A stretch of DNA of 55,792 nt from the NCBI GenBank assembly GCA_010093745.1, contig MU006008.1, positions 49,177 through 104,968 on the forward strand. Direction: 5' to 3'. Made by a program: the position numbers and the translations under genes. Source of the stretch: Piedraia hortae CBS 480.64 (Eukaryota). Of this stretch, positions 21,086 to 31,733 are shown in pieces (within the stretch, counting starts at the first letter, position 1; every line of letters starts with the position of its first letter). The notes under the pieces were generated by a model. The model was not told the DNA's origin. It did not search any database and saw only the letters and a program-made list of their open reading frames with translations.

Positions 21086-22753
21086 ATGGGTGTGTTTCCA
21101 GGTCTTACGGCAACGCCGCTCCAGGCCACGGCCTATCTAGGCGGTGTGGCCCTATTCAGCATTGCCTTCCTTGTCTTTCTCAACAGCAGCATATCGTTTG
21201 TTGTGACTGACCTGATTGGCCAAAAGACAGGCGTTGGTGATGCCGTCGGCACATTGGGCTTCGCAGATGAGCTGTTTGCCCTCGTTGCTTGCCCCCTTTG
21301 GGGTCTGCTCAGCGATAGAGTCGGCATCAGGGCCGTTGCGGTAACAGGATACTGTGTCGTTGCCGTTAGTCTTATTTGCTTGGTGCAGAGCACAAATGTC
21401 TATCCGCAACTGTTGCTTGGGAGGCTAGCGTTCAGCTTGGGGGCTGCTGCCTGTTCCACCATGGTTACTGCTGCCCTTCCCGCCATGGTTGCCAGACCTG
21501 CTGCTAAAGAGGAAGACGAGGTGCTTACCGAGCAAACCGAAGCTGACGATGGCAACGCCGAACGAGCGAGCCGCAGCGACTCAAGTGAAGTCACCATCAC
21601 ACCTAACATGGTCAATGCTAGCCAAGATTCGGAGCAGGATGCTGAGGAAGCCAGCCCTAAGCCAGTTCTCGACACCACGGCGGGCATTTCACAGCTTGCC
21701 GGCTTAGTTGGGCTTTTCACTGGACTAGGAGCCCTCATCGCTTTGCTCTTATTCCTGCCTCTGCCAGCACATCTTCGAGACTCTGGCAGCGGAAGTGGCC
21801 AAAGTGTGCAGGTCAGCTTTTATATCGTAGCCGCCGTGGCTGCATGCGTCGCTATCTTCGTCTTCTTCGGCCTCAGCGGTCTGCCTGGCGAGGAGGGGAA
21901 GCGTGTGTCTGCTATTTGGAGTGCCCCTTACGACGAGATGACCAAAACTGGCGGTGACGGGCATTTGCACACAATTCTCACCCCCAAGCCGTCCTATGTT
22001 AAGCTCGTCAAAGAATCGCTGAAGCTTGGTGTTACAGACCCAGACATCTTTCTCGGTTATCTTGGCGGTTTCGTTGCCCGCGCCTCGTCGGTTGGCATCT
22101 CGCTTTTTATTCCACTGTTTGTGAACTCGTACTTTTTACGCAACGGGCTCTGTACGTCGGATCCCGGCAATCCCACTGACATCCGAGAGAGCTGCAAACG
22201 TGCCTATGTTTTGGCTTCAATACTTACAGGCATCGCAGAGACGGCTGCCCTGATTTGTGCCCCTTTGTTCGGACTCTTGGGCGGCAAATGGCAGCGATGG
22301 CCTCTCTTCGGAGCTAGCGTAGTAGGTCTCGGTGGTTATATTGCCTTTGGATTCCTGCAAAATCCGAATCCCTCTCGATCCGGCGGCCACTGGGCTTTCA
22401 TCGCCGCTATACTCATTGGAATCAGCCAGATTGGCTCCGTTGTCTGTTCACTGGGACTATTAAGCCGAGGCATACATCGATCTTTACCGAGCCAGGAATC
22501 CTCTGAAGGGGAGAATACTCCATTGTTACCACATGCAGAACGGGAACTTGACCGTCCCCGGCTGAGAGGTAGCATTGCAGGCATGTACAGCATGGCTGGA
22601 GGAGGGGGCATTCTGTTGTTAACCAAGCTTGGAGGAGCTCTGTTCGACTCGTGGATGCCCGGGGCTCCGTTCTTTTTGCTGGCAATTTTCAATGCCGTTT
22701 TGATCATAGCGATAGTTATTGTGCAGCTGGTTAGAGGCATGGCGACGAAGTAG
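21086..22753 (+). CDS. Major facilitator superfamily transporter
   Basis: About 12 hydrophobic helices; motif A WGLLSDRVGIRAV. Confidence 0.88.
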   Translation: MGVFPGLTATPLQATAYLGGVALFSIAFLVFLNSSISFVVTDLIGQKTGVGDAVGTLGFADELFALVACPLWGLLSDRVGIRAVAVTGYCVVAVSLICLVQSTNVYPQLLLGRLAFSLGAAACSTMVTAALPAMVARPAAKEEDEVLTEQTEADDGNAERASRSDSSEVTITPNMVNASQDSEQDAEEASPKPVLDTTAGISQLAGLVGLFTGLGALIALLLFLPLPAHLRDSGSGSGQSVQVSFYIVAAVAACVAIFVFFGLSGLPGEEGKRVSAIWSAPYDEMTKTGGDGHLHTILTPKPSYVKLVKESLKLGVTDPDIFLGYLGGFVARASSVGISLFIPLFVNSYFLRNGLCTSDPGNPTDIRESCKRAYVLASILTGIAETAALICAPLFGLLGGKWQRWPLFGASVVGLGGYIAFGFLQNPNPSRSGGHWAFIAAILIGISQIGSVVCSLGLLSRGIHRSLPSQESSEGENTPLLPHAERELDRPRLRGSIAGMYSMAGGGGILLLTKLGGALFDSWMPGAPFFLLAIFNAVLIIAIVIVQLVRGMATK

Positions 22754-22795
22754 CTAATTGTTGACACCATTATCAGAAAGTTCTCTAGTTGACAT

Positions 22796-23804
22796 CTACT
22801 GCGTACATAAATCACCCAGCTGGTCGACATAGGCGGTTGGCACAACGCTTGCCCCGGCAGCCAGAAACTCTTCCTTCTTGCTCACGCCCGTTAGCACACA
22901 CAGCGTTCCCCCCAGATCTCCTTCTATGCCAAACTGAATGTCAGTGTTCAGCCGGTCACCAACCATGCACGCCTTCTTCCTGTCAAAATGAAACTTGCCC
23001 TCGATAGCATCCATCATGGCCTGGCTCGGCTTGCCCAGCGCCAATGGTTGCTTACCTGCAGCTTGAACCAGCGGCGCGCTCATAGCACCGGCACCGGGGA
23101 AGAGACTTCCCGCCGAGGGCAAAGTTGAGTCTACGTTGGTGGCAAGAAACGTAGCCCCGCGGCGAACGTACGCCATGCCAAGCGCGTACTTGAGGTAGCT
23201 GGGGTGAAAATCCAGCCCCGTCAGGACGACGGCCACACCATCGTCTAGTATGGTGCCATCGGCGATGGACTTGTAGTCTTCAGGCGTCATTTCTCGGCGT
23301 AGTCTGCTGTCTGTCCCCCCACAGTGCGGCACTCCCTCGCTGTCGAGTTCCTGCTCGACGCCGCTCTCACCAAGCACGAAGACTTTATTCTTGGGCGGCG
23401 ACAGCTTGAGTATTCTGTTGATGTAGACAGCTGCACTGTAGCTTGAGCCAAAGACCTCGTCCTCGTCAGCAACGATGCCGACGGCATCAAACTTTTGCTT
23501 GTAGTCACGCCGAGACTTTGTGGAGTTGTTGGTCACGAAGATGAGGCGCTTATTCTTCCTACGTAGCATGGAGATCACGTCGGGAACGCGAGGGAAGACA
23601 TGGTCGCCCGACCAGAGCACGCCTAGTCCATGTTAGACGGCGGGGCGGGGCGGTGACGGTGCGGGGCACACACCGTCGCAGTCAAAGAGGAAAACCTTCA
23701 ATTGTCAGAATAGGAAGGCACGCTGGGAGACATCATACGTCAAACTGGTCGACAAACGCATCTAATTTGGCCTTGTCGCCGGTCAGGTACAGCGGCGTCG
23801 TCAT
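22796..23804 (-). CDS. PHO13: 4-nitrophenylphosphatase (HAD IIA); exons 23804-23739, 23695-23674, 23622-22796
   Basis: Spliced FD|VFLFDCDG|VLW, FVTNNSTKSR, GKPS, MVGDRLNTDIQFG. Confidence 0.9.
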
Positions 23805-23843
23805 TGTTGTCAGGGTGGGTCCCATCATCCCCCAAACCGCATC

Positions 23844-25895
23844 ATGAGCGTGTTTCGAGACCTCAATGTCTACGCATCGTCCACTCATTATGCCTTTACC
23901 TCTCCCTCGTCGATTGATGCCCCAACACTGGTTGTTGATCGGCCGTCGGGCAGCTTGCGGCTGAACGAGGGTAAGCTCACAGTTGGCCACCGCGTATCGA
24001 GTATTTGCGGCATCTTGGGTCTAATAAAGCTCCGTCTGGGTTAGTTGATCTGTACATCGTCATGTAGAGGGTTAACCGGAGCAGACAGTTATTTAATTGT
24101 CATCACTAAGGCCACCTGCGTTGGCCGCATCAAGGGCCATCAGATCTACAGAGTGGCGGCCACCGAGTTCATGCCGTTGCGTGAGCGCCAGCTGACAGAT
24201 GACGATGAGGACAAGTACTTGGCCCTGCTCAAGAAGTTTGTGTCGGCGGGTGCCATGTATTTTTCCTACTCATTTGATGTCACCAACACTTTCCAGCGAC
24301 AGGCTCAGAGCAATGCCAAGCTTCCCCTTTGGCAGCGTGCTGACGATCGCTTCTTCTGGAACCGCTTCGTATGTTCTTCGCTCATTGACTTCCGACAGAA
24401 TAGGGACGCTTGGGCTGTCGACCCATACATTCTACCCGTCATGTTTGGCATGCTGGAGGTTGTCGAGACATCGATCAAGGGCAACCCATTGACCTTCGTG
24501 CTCACCACGCGGAGGTCCAGATTCAGGGCAGGCACCAGGTACATGTCGCGCGGAATTGACGAAGAAGGCCATGTCAGCAACTTCAATGAGACGGAGCAAT
24601 CCGTCATACTAAACCCTAGCAATGGCCTGCATGAGACGCAAGTTTTCTCCTACGTGCAGACGCGAGGAAGTGTGCCCGCCTATTGGGCTGAGATTAATCA
24701 ACTGCACTACACCCCTACGCTCCAAATTCGTGGTGTGGAATCTGCCTTGCCTGCCGCAAAACTGCACTTTGATGAGCAGGTGCGGCTTTATGGCGAGACC
24801 TACGTGGTCAATCTAGTCAATCAAAAAGGCCGTGAGCAGCGTGTGAAGGAAGCCTACGAGGAAATCGTTCGTGGTCTTGACCAGACGCCCGTGGAAGCAC
24901 GGGAAGCGGGTACCAAACGTAACGAGCGATTCAACATCATCGAGCCTGGCAACAACAAAGGGTTCAACCACGTTCATTACATTTATTTTGACTTTCACAA
25001 CGAGACCAAGGGCTTGAAATGGCACCGTGCCGAGCTTCTTCTCGATCGATTGAGACCTGGCCTAGAAGCTGGAGGCTACTTTCACGGAGTTGATATGCCC
25101 TCCTCTGGTGTTGATGTGCGCAATCGTCAGACCGCTGTCGTTAGGACAAATTGCATGGACTGTCTCGATCGCACCAATGTCGTTCAGTCTATGTTGGGCC
25201 GATGGGCGCTCACCCGGATGCTTCAAGACGTTGGTATTCTCCAGCCGAATGAACCAGTGTCGTCTGATGATCGATTTGAATTCACTTTCCGTAATATCTG
25301 GGCTGACAATGCTGATGTCGTGTCAGCCTCGTATTCTGGCACCGGCGCCTTGAAGACTGACTTTACCCGTACTGGCAATCGGACTCGTGTCGGCGCCGCC
25401 AAAGATCTGAGCAATTCCATCACGCGCTACGTAAGAAATAACTTCACCGATGGTCCTAGACAAGATGCGTTCGACCTGTTTTTGGGCGTGTACCAGCCTG
25501 ATTCACAAACGAACATGAAATTTATCGATCGTCGCCCCTTGATAATCCAGGCGATCCCGTACATTCATGGTTTTTGCCTTTTCTTCGTCGCTCTTTCGGC
25601 GACTAGCAGCAGGAGTTCTCTTGTTTGGCCTTTTGCCGTACTTTGCCTAGGTACTGCTGGGTACACCGCAGCCTTTATGGGACGGTTTGGCGTATTATAT
25701 GTGAGTGCGGATCAAGACAATCGCAATTAATGCTGACTATCGTGACAGGTAAACTGGCCAAATCTCAACCCCCCTGCCTGGGCTCTGGAGGCATATCAAG
25801 ACACTTTGTACCAGGCTGCCAGGGACCCAGTCTTTGGAAGGTTCATGGATAGGCCAGAGATTAGTCTAGAGGAGGGAAAGAAGAGGATTGATTAA
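23844..25895 (+). CDS. SAC1: Phosphatidylinositol-4-phosphate phosphatase Sac1; introns 24040-24084 and 25701-25748
   Basis: RRSRFRAGTRY, VQTRGSVP, catalytic RTNCMDCLDRTN, two C-terminal TM helices, spliced VNWP..KKRID end. Confidence 0.93.
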
Positions 25896-26126
25896 GTGCA
25901 ATACAGGAATAGATCTTAACGTTGTCGCAGGAAACAGGCTGTCTTCATTACCCGGTGTGTATAACCTAAGCAAAATTGGCGGAAATGGGAAGACAGTGTT
26001 ATCAATGGGAGAGGTATGGTGATCCTCCGTTAGCCTCGCGTCATTCCAGCAGCTTCGACTAGAAGACGTAGGTTGACTCGATTGGTATCTGTTCTATCTA
26101 CTGGACATCACAGAGAGAAGCACCAT

Positions 26127-27005
26127 TCAGGTACTTTTTTTCATGTTGGCCTGCTTTAACTTCCAGAGGCTGCACATTCGTGTCATATAAGCATCCTGCA
26201 GCATTAGTACATACTCAAGGCACAAAAGATGACGTACGACGACCCATTTGGGAAGAAAATACGTGCCAAACCACGCAAGCCAAGATTTCCCTCCAGCCCA
26301 GAGAACATTCTGTTTAGAGCCTAGGACTTTTTGCACGACAAACTTTGCATACTCTTCGTTTGGAATGCCATTAGCCTGCGAATGTGTCTGTCGAAGTTCG
26401 TATTCCTTCTCCAATGGAAGGTAATACGAATTTGGCGGCAGCGATATATGGGTGCGAGCAATGTTGCTTATAACACCTCCAGTAATAACAGTCACAACAC
26501 GCACACCTAGAGGCGCAAGCTCAACACGCAAAGCATCACTGTATGAATGCAGAGCAGCCTTTGAGGCATTATAGACTGATCCAAACACGTAGGGCGTTAC
26601 ACCCGCCACGCTCCCAATTTGTACAATCGTGCCGCCCGAGCGAATCAGCAGCGGTGCAAACGCTTGGCACATCATCATCACACTGAAAAGGTTGGTCTCA
26701 AAGACTGAGCGGATCTCCGACATGGAGACATCTAGTGCCGGCACGGTGTAGTTGCGTCCTGCATTGTTGATCAGCATATCCAAACTCCCACCCGTTTCTG
26801 CTGTGATGGCATCTCGAAGTGTTGAGATGCTTTGTGCATCTGTTACTTCCAATTCGAACGTTGAGATTCCCAGTGCAGCAAGGTCTGATATCTTGCTCGT
26901 TTGTCGCGCGGTTGCGAAAACTTGTAGTCCCCGAGCATGAAACTCACGTGCTAGTGCGTGTCCGATGCCTCCTGGCGTACAGCCAGTTATGAGAACTGTG
27001 TGCAT
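26127..27005 (-). CDS. AYR1: NADPH-dependent 1-acyl-DHAP reductase (SDR); in-frame intron 26237-26196
   Basis: VLITGCTPGGIG, NNAG, YNASKAALH. Confidence 0.85.
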   Translation of the reverse strand: MHTVLITGCTPGGIGHALAREFHARGLQVFATARQTSKISDLAALGISTFELEVTDAQSISTLRDAITAETGGSLDMLINNAGRNYTVPALDVSMSEIRSVFETNLFSVMMMCQAFAPLLIRSGGTIVQIGSVAGVTPYVFGSVYNASKAALHSYSDALRVELAPLGVRVVTVITGGVISNIARTHISLPPNSYYLPLEKEYELRQTHSQANGIPNEEYAKFVVQKVLGSKQNVLWAGGKSWLAWFGTYFLPKWVVVRHLLCLEYVLMLQDAYMTRMCSLWKLKQANMKKST

Positions 27006-27084
27006 CTTGATTAGATCAATTGGTGGTACGATCATGAAGGTGATGAGAGGTTACCCGCCTCGGCCGAACGCCTTTAACATCCGA

Positions 27085-27213
27085 TGTGAATATGCGGTAT
27101 ATTACGCGCATTATTAGTAATCGGTGCTCAGCTCTCGACTTTGACGCGTCGACTAGTTTTCCGTAGAGACTTGTATGCATACTGGTACACATCTACTCAC
27201 AATCATAATAACA
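27085..27213 (-). mobile_element. Family A short solo LTR (129 bp), uninterrupted copy
   Basis: TGT...ACA termini; 5-bp flanks TCCGA/TCTGA; reverse complement matches 231-285 plus 558-627 and 1-78. Confidence 0.78.
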
Positions 27214-28256
27214 TCTGAATCAGTATACCCTTCTGAATCTCACCCTCCCCTCTGACCATTCTGAACGATCGGGATGTCGATTTTCAGCTCTGGTGTGTTC
27301 ACATAATCATGGAGGATACTTCTCCGATCTTCTTCTCAGTGTGCACGTTAATGGGTATCTTTTACACAAGCCTTTGGAAATAACCTTGACAAGGTGATCT
27401 CAGAAGTATTTTCTCACAGAAACTAGTGCTTTCCAAAGCTGTCGTTCTCGATGGATCTGATCAACCCGTGAGCGTTTACAGATCGAATCAACTTGTGCAC
27501 GGGTAGCGTATCCTATAGTTGTTGATAATCAATCCATTTTCTGGACAGTGACTGAGCCTGCTGATTAGCTGTTTTGGATTGCAGATCTCAACCTGCTTAT
27601 CAGTTCAAACTTCGCAAAACACAAGAAAAAAAAGCCCGACTTGTTTCATGATCGGATCAACTGAAATAGAAGGGAAGAAATAGTGGACGTTGATGGGCAA
27701 TGTCAGATGTAGCTGTGAATGCTATCTAGCGTGCTCTACCAGCAGGGTTTCTCCGTTACTTCCATCAAGTTAAACCTGTCGATGGAACCATGTGGCGTGG
27801 CATCGGGTTCATGACTCGACCAGTTCTTGTCAACGACTCCTTATACAGACACAGGTCTTAAACCTAAACTCTCCTACTGCAAAAAATCAAATTGAACTGA
27901 TCATTGCGTATGAGATTCGATATTGAAGTGGTTTAGTAAAAGCCTTAGTGTTGCAATCGGCAAAGGCTAACCAGTTGTCGCTGGCATGATGAAACTTCAA
28001 GCAACAAGACTTACCAGATTTCTGTACGGATGCCGTCTTCCAGGGCATGTGATATATCAAGCCCAAGCTGGAAAGCGAGGGGATCATCAGTTGCACTAAG
28101 AGACGTTGGCCCCTTTCCTAAATTAACATCATCCACAGTGTCAGACGCAATGTGCATTGTACCACCCCAATACTACAAAGTCCTTTGCTCTCCGAGCTTT
28201 CATCACACTCGTTTGTCCCTTGACGTGTCAATTGCAAAAAGAGGCCTCTGCTAAAC

Positions 28257-29474
28257 ATGTACGCCGCCGCCCTCATTATCATCGGCCTGAGCCTGATGCA
28301 CACTGCCAACGCACACTTTTGCATGCTCACTCCTAGCCCAATTCCAGAGTCTGCTCAGAAACCCCCTCTTCAAATTTCAGGATCCGACTTTCCATGCCAT
28401 GGCGCCAATATTCCCACAAGTGGTGGGGCGACCATGGAAGCTGGCTCAACGCAGCATCTATCATGGGACCTTGAGGGCGGCAACAGTTACATTATACACG
28501 GTGGTGGGTCTTGCCAAGTCTCCATCACATACGAGACTGAGCCTGCCAAGTTGAAAGACCCAAAGAACTGGTTTGTCATCTATTCTATCGAAGGCGGCTG
28601 TCCTACCAACTCGGTTGAAAATTACCTTAATGGCACGTACAAGGGGCCCCAAGGAGATTATACGGGTTCGGTGCTTTGCACTGATCCAAGGTCCAACGGC
28701 GTGGATTGCATCAACGAGTTTGACTTCACCATCCCGAAGGGTGTTAAGTCTGGCCATGCGATTCTGAGCTGGACGTGGTTCCCCAGTCTCGGAATGGGAC
28801 GTGACATGTATCAAAACTGTGTCAATGTCGACCTGGTAGGCGGAGATGGTAGTGAGATGGGCAAATTCCCTACTCTTTTCGTTGCCAACGTCCATCAAAT
28901 TGGCGGTGAACAGTGTCCTACCACGAAGTCTTATGATCTCCAGTTCCCCTTCCCCGGCGCTTATACTACTACAAAACGTCCTCCAGAGTCAGCTACAGGG
29001 GCTACCGTCCTGCCATTTGCCACTCCAGAAGGCGCAAGCTGTTCAATGAATGGAGCCCCACGAGGCGACCTTGCCGCACAAGCCTACGACCAACCTACTT
29101 CCACAGCATCTCCCCAGGCATCTCCCGCAGACCAAGACCAGAATGCACCTACTGATATTACAACGCTGCCCCCCTCCCTCTCCAAATCCGCGGCTTCGGT
29201 AGCCTCCAAGCAAACCACCCAGCCCGTGTGTCTTACAAACGGCAAACCAGGCAACTGCATAACCTATGCCATCTCCACCCTCGCAACAACAGCAAAAGCA
29301 TCCCCCACACCCACCAAAGCCGGCGCGCCAACACCACAACACCAACAACCTCAACCCGCGCCAACGCAGAAAATGTGCAACATCCTCGTCTGCGGCTACC
29401 GCTCCACACTACGCATGATCCTAGGCATCAGAGACTGCGAGTGGCAGAGACGCGCTTGTCCCAAGTGGCTATAA
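28257..29474 (+). CDS. Secreted AA11-type lytic polysaccharide monooxygenase with P/T/S linker and Cys-containing C-terminal segment
   Basis: Signal peptide ending TANA followed by His1 (HFCMLTP), DFPCH, HGGGSCQVS, WTWF, MYQNC (axial Tyr). Confidence 0.85.
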   Translation: MYAAALIIIGLSLMHTANAHFCMLTPSPIPESAQKPPLQISGSDFPCHGANIPTSGGATMEAGSTQHLSWDLEGGNSYIIHGGGSCQVSITYETEPAKLKDPKNWFVIYSIEGGCPTNSVENYLNGTYKGPQGDYTGSVLCTDPRSNGVDCINEFDFTIPKGVKSGHAILSWTWFPSLGMGRDMYQNCVNVDLVGGDGSEMGKFPTLFVANVHQIGGEQCPTTKSYDLQFPFPGAYTTTKRPPESATGATVLPFATPEGASCSMNGAPRGDLAAQAYDQPTSTASPQASPADQDQNAPTDITTLPPSLSKSAASVASKQTTQPVCLTNGKPGNCITYAISTLATTAKASPTPTKAGAPTPQHQQPQPAPTQKMCNILVCGYRSTLRMILGIRDCEWQRRACPKWL

Positions 29475-29939
29475 TACGTGAAATTACGGGAATCAGATCG
29501 AATGAGGAAACAGAAGAGGAGGGGAAGGAGTTGGGACTTTTTCTTTTTATTTCACGAGTCGCTCTTTATGTTCTTTCTATGATACATTTTGTGAAGATAG
29601 ATGTGTTTGATACGATTTTTTCATTAATGGGTTTTGGTCGTGTGGTCTTGGAGGCCCACGTGACCTCTCAATTCAGCCTGTGCCGTGCGGTCTGGGCAAT
29701 TTAGAAAAATTCCGCTTTCCCTATTCTAGAGATGGCTCTCCTGAGAGATAAGAAGTTTAATTTTGGAGAAGGGGAAGCTGCGCCTCTCTATCAATCATGG
29801 GATTTGGAAAGCTATAGCAGTTGCAATCATACATACCACAATTGAAAATGGCTTGAAAAATAGTTGATATATTTTCAACTGCGGAATATTCTACGTCTCA
29901 AAGAAAAGAAAAAGAAACTTCCTGGATTATGTGAAACTC

Positions 29940-31733
29940 TTAAACCATTTGAGGGGCAACAAACCCCCTGGTTGGAAGTGCAAAGGGGAAGCCCACACCG
30001 GAGCTCATGACCGCAGCAGTTGTCGTGGACGCTGGATGAACGGGCGTTGCATCGCCGTGGTAGCCTGCGGTTTTGTAGTGTGCTGCTTCCGCAGCCAACA
30101 ATTCCTTTGCGGCGGAGTAGGGGTTCAACATGGTAAGGTCTTTGACTGCCTCGGCGATGGCCTCGGTAGTGAAATCGTCCGCGTTGTACGGTTTGGGTGC
30201 GAAGCGCGTGTCCATTGGGTCAGCAAATCCCTGGGCAAAGTCGAATTTGTATCCCAGTTCAGAGAGATGTGTCACGTTGAAGACATCCAACATGGTGTTG
30301 TCCTCGTGCTTTAGATTGTGGCAGTGGAACATGTAGAGCCCGTTCCAGGGACCATAAATGGCCCTCACCTGTACCGTCTCACCTGGCTGCAGAAGGACAA
30401 CATCCTTCAATCCGGCAGATTCGTAGGGAGCGACACCGCGAAGCCCACCGGTACGACTCACAACCTGCATACCGACGAGGTGAACGTGTACGGGATGGAC
30501 GGCCATACCACCAGTGTGGCTCATCTCCCAGAGTTCGACAGTTCCCTGAGGCGGACGGGCAAGGACGCGGTTTTTGACATCATCGAAACCTACGCCGTTG
30601 ATGGTCCACATGCTCTCCCCGCCCATTTGGAAGTTGAAATGGTGGTCGACCTGGGAACGCGCAGCGGGCCACTCAATGTTGGTGTTGAGGGTAGATGGAA
30701 CAGGTTCGTTATTGGTCCAGTCGGCCACGCGATCACCAACAACGAATCGCATGATCTGATCCGAATTATCGAAAAGATCGACCAGAGAATTGACTCGCAT
30801 GTTTCCAAGCGTGAGGTTTTGGCCTGCGTAGCCGGCAAAATCAATGACCACTTCGTACCGTTCACCAGGGGCAATGAGGAAGCTCTGCGCAGACACTGGT
30901 CCAGAGAAAAGACCGCCATCCGAAGCAATGATCTGGAAGTCCAAGCTGGATCGATGTTCATCAAAAAAGTAGAGCTTGTACGGACGACTCAGGGACATGT
31001 CGAAGAAACGGAGACGATACTTGCGAGGCTCCACCTTAAGATAAGGCCACGGCTGTTCGTTGACCTGCATAACATCTCCAAAGAAATTGGCGGGATTGCC
31101 ATCTGGAGGGGACAAATCACCGTTGTCCTGGTAAATCTTGTCGTTGAGGGCCAATGGAATGTCGTATGGCTGCTGTGGCAGACCCATTGCTTCCTCTGCC
31201 GGATCACGGATGATATAAATGCCAGCTTGGCCGTAGTACGCATCAAAGCCAGTACGTTTGTCCGCATGATCATGGTACCAAAGTGACGCAGCCTTGCGGT
31301 TGGGATAGTAGTAGTCCTTGTACTGGCCAGGCTGGAGCAGGTCGCTGGCCCAGCCGTCCCAAACAGAGTGGGTTTCGGACCCATGGAGATGGGTAGACGA
31401 AACACCTTTGCCCTGGTTAACTACGCGAACGATGGTTTCCGTTCCCTTTTCAATGATGTACGTTGGTCCTGGGGCTGTGCCGTTGAATCCGATAAGATGG
31501 GCGTCGCCACGACCGCTATAAACCTTGTGGCTAAAAGGTTTGATGTAAGACGTAAAGTGCTGAACCTTCCGACCGTCATCGGTCGTAGTCGTGTAGTCTG
31601 GCACTGCCACCGGAGGGATCGGCAACGGGTGCTGGTACATTTCTGTGTATACCGGGCTGCGAGGAGGTAAGAGGCCTAGGCCTTGGACGGCAATGGCCAT
31701 AGCCAGAAGACCGAGAGCGATTGGCATGGTCAA
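29940..31733 (-). CDS. Secreted multicopper oxidase, bilirubin oxidase/CotA type, intronless
   Basis: Signal peptide, SPVY..PLPIPPV, Cu motifs HLHG, WYHDH, HPVHVH and HCHNLKHEDNTM. Confidence 0.92.
   Translation of the reverse strand: MTMPIALGLLAMAIAVQGLGLLPPRSPVYTEMYQHPLPIPPVAVPDYTTTTDDGRKVQHFTSYIKPFSHKVYSGRGDAHLIGFNGTAPGPTYIIEKGTETIVRVVNQGKGVSSTHLHGSETHSVWDGWASDLLQPGQYKDYYYPNRKAASLWYHDHADKRTGFDAYYGQAGIYIIRDPAEEAMGLPQQPYDIPLALNDKIYQDNGDLSPPDGNPANFFGDVMQVNEQPWPYLKVEPRKYRLRFFDMSLSRPYKLYFFDEHRSSLDFQIIASDGGLFSGPVSAQSFLIAPGERYEVVIDFAGYAGQNLTLGNMRVNSLVDLFDNSDQIMRFVVGDRVADWTNNEPVPSTLNTNIEWPAARSQVDHHFNFQMGGESMWTINGVGFDDVKNRVLARPPQGTVELWEMSHTGGMAVHPVHVHLVGMQVVSRTGGLRGVAPYESAGLKDVVLLQPGETVQVRAIYGPWNGLYMFHCHNLKHEDNTMLDVFNVTHLSELGYKFDFAQGFADPMDTRFAPKPYNADDFTTEAIAEAVKDLTMLNPYSAAKELLAAEAAHYKTAGYHGDATPVHPASTTTAAVMSSGVGFPFALPTRGFVAPQMV

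Noticed and set aside
28184..28191. Copper-response-element-like TTTGCTCT upstream of the LPMO
   Set aside because: Single imperfect match with no second copy
30318..31286. 322-aa plus-strand ORF, and similar long shadow ORFs over SMC6, NTO1, DCR2 and PDE2
   Set aside because: Antisense or alternate-frame shadows of well-supported genes, with no recognisable motifs
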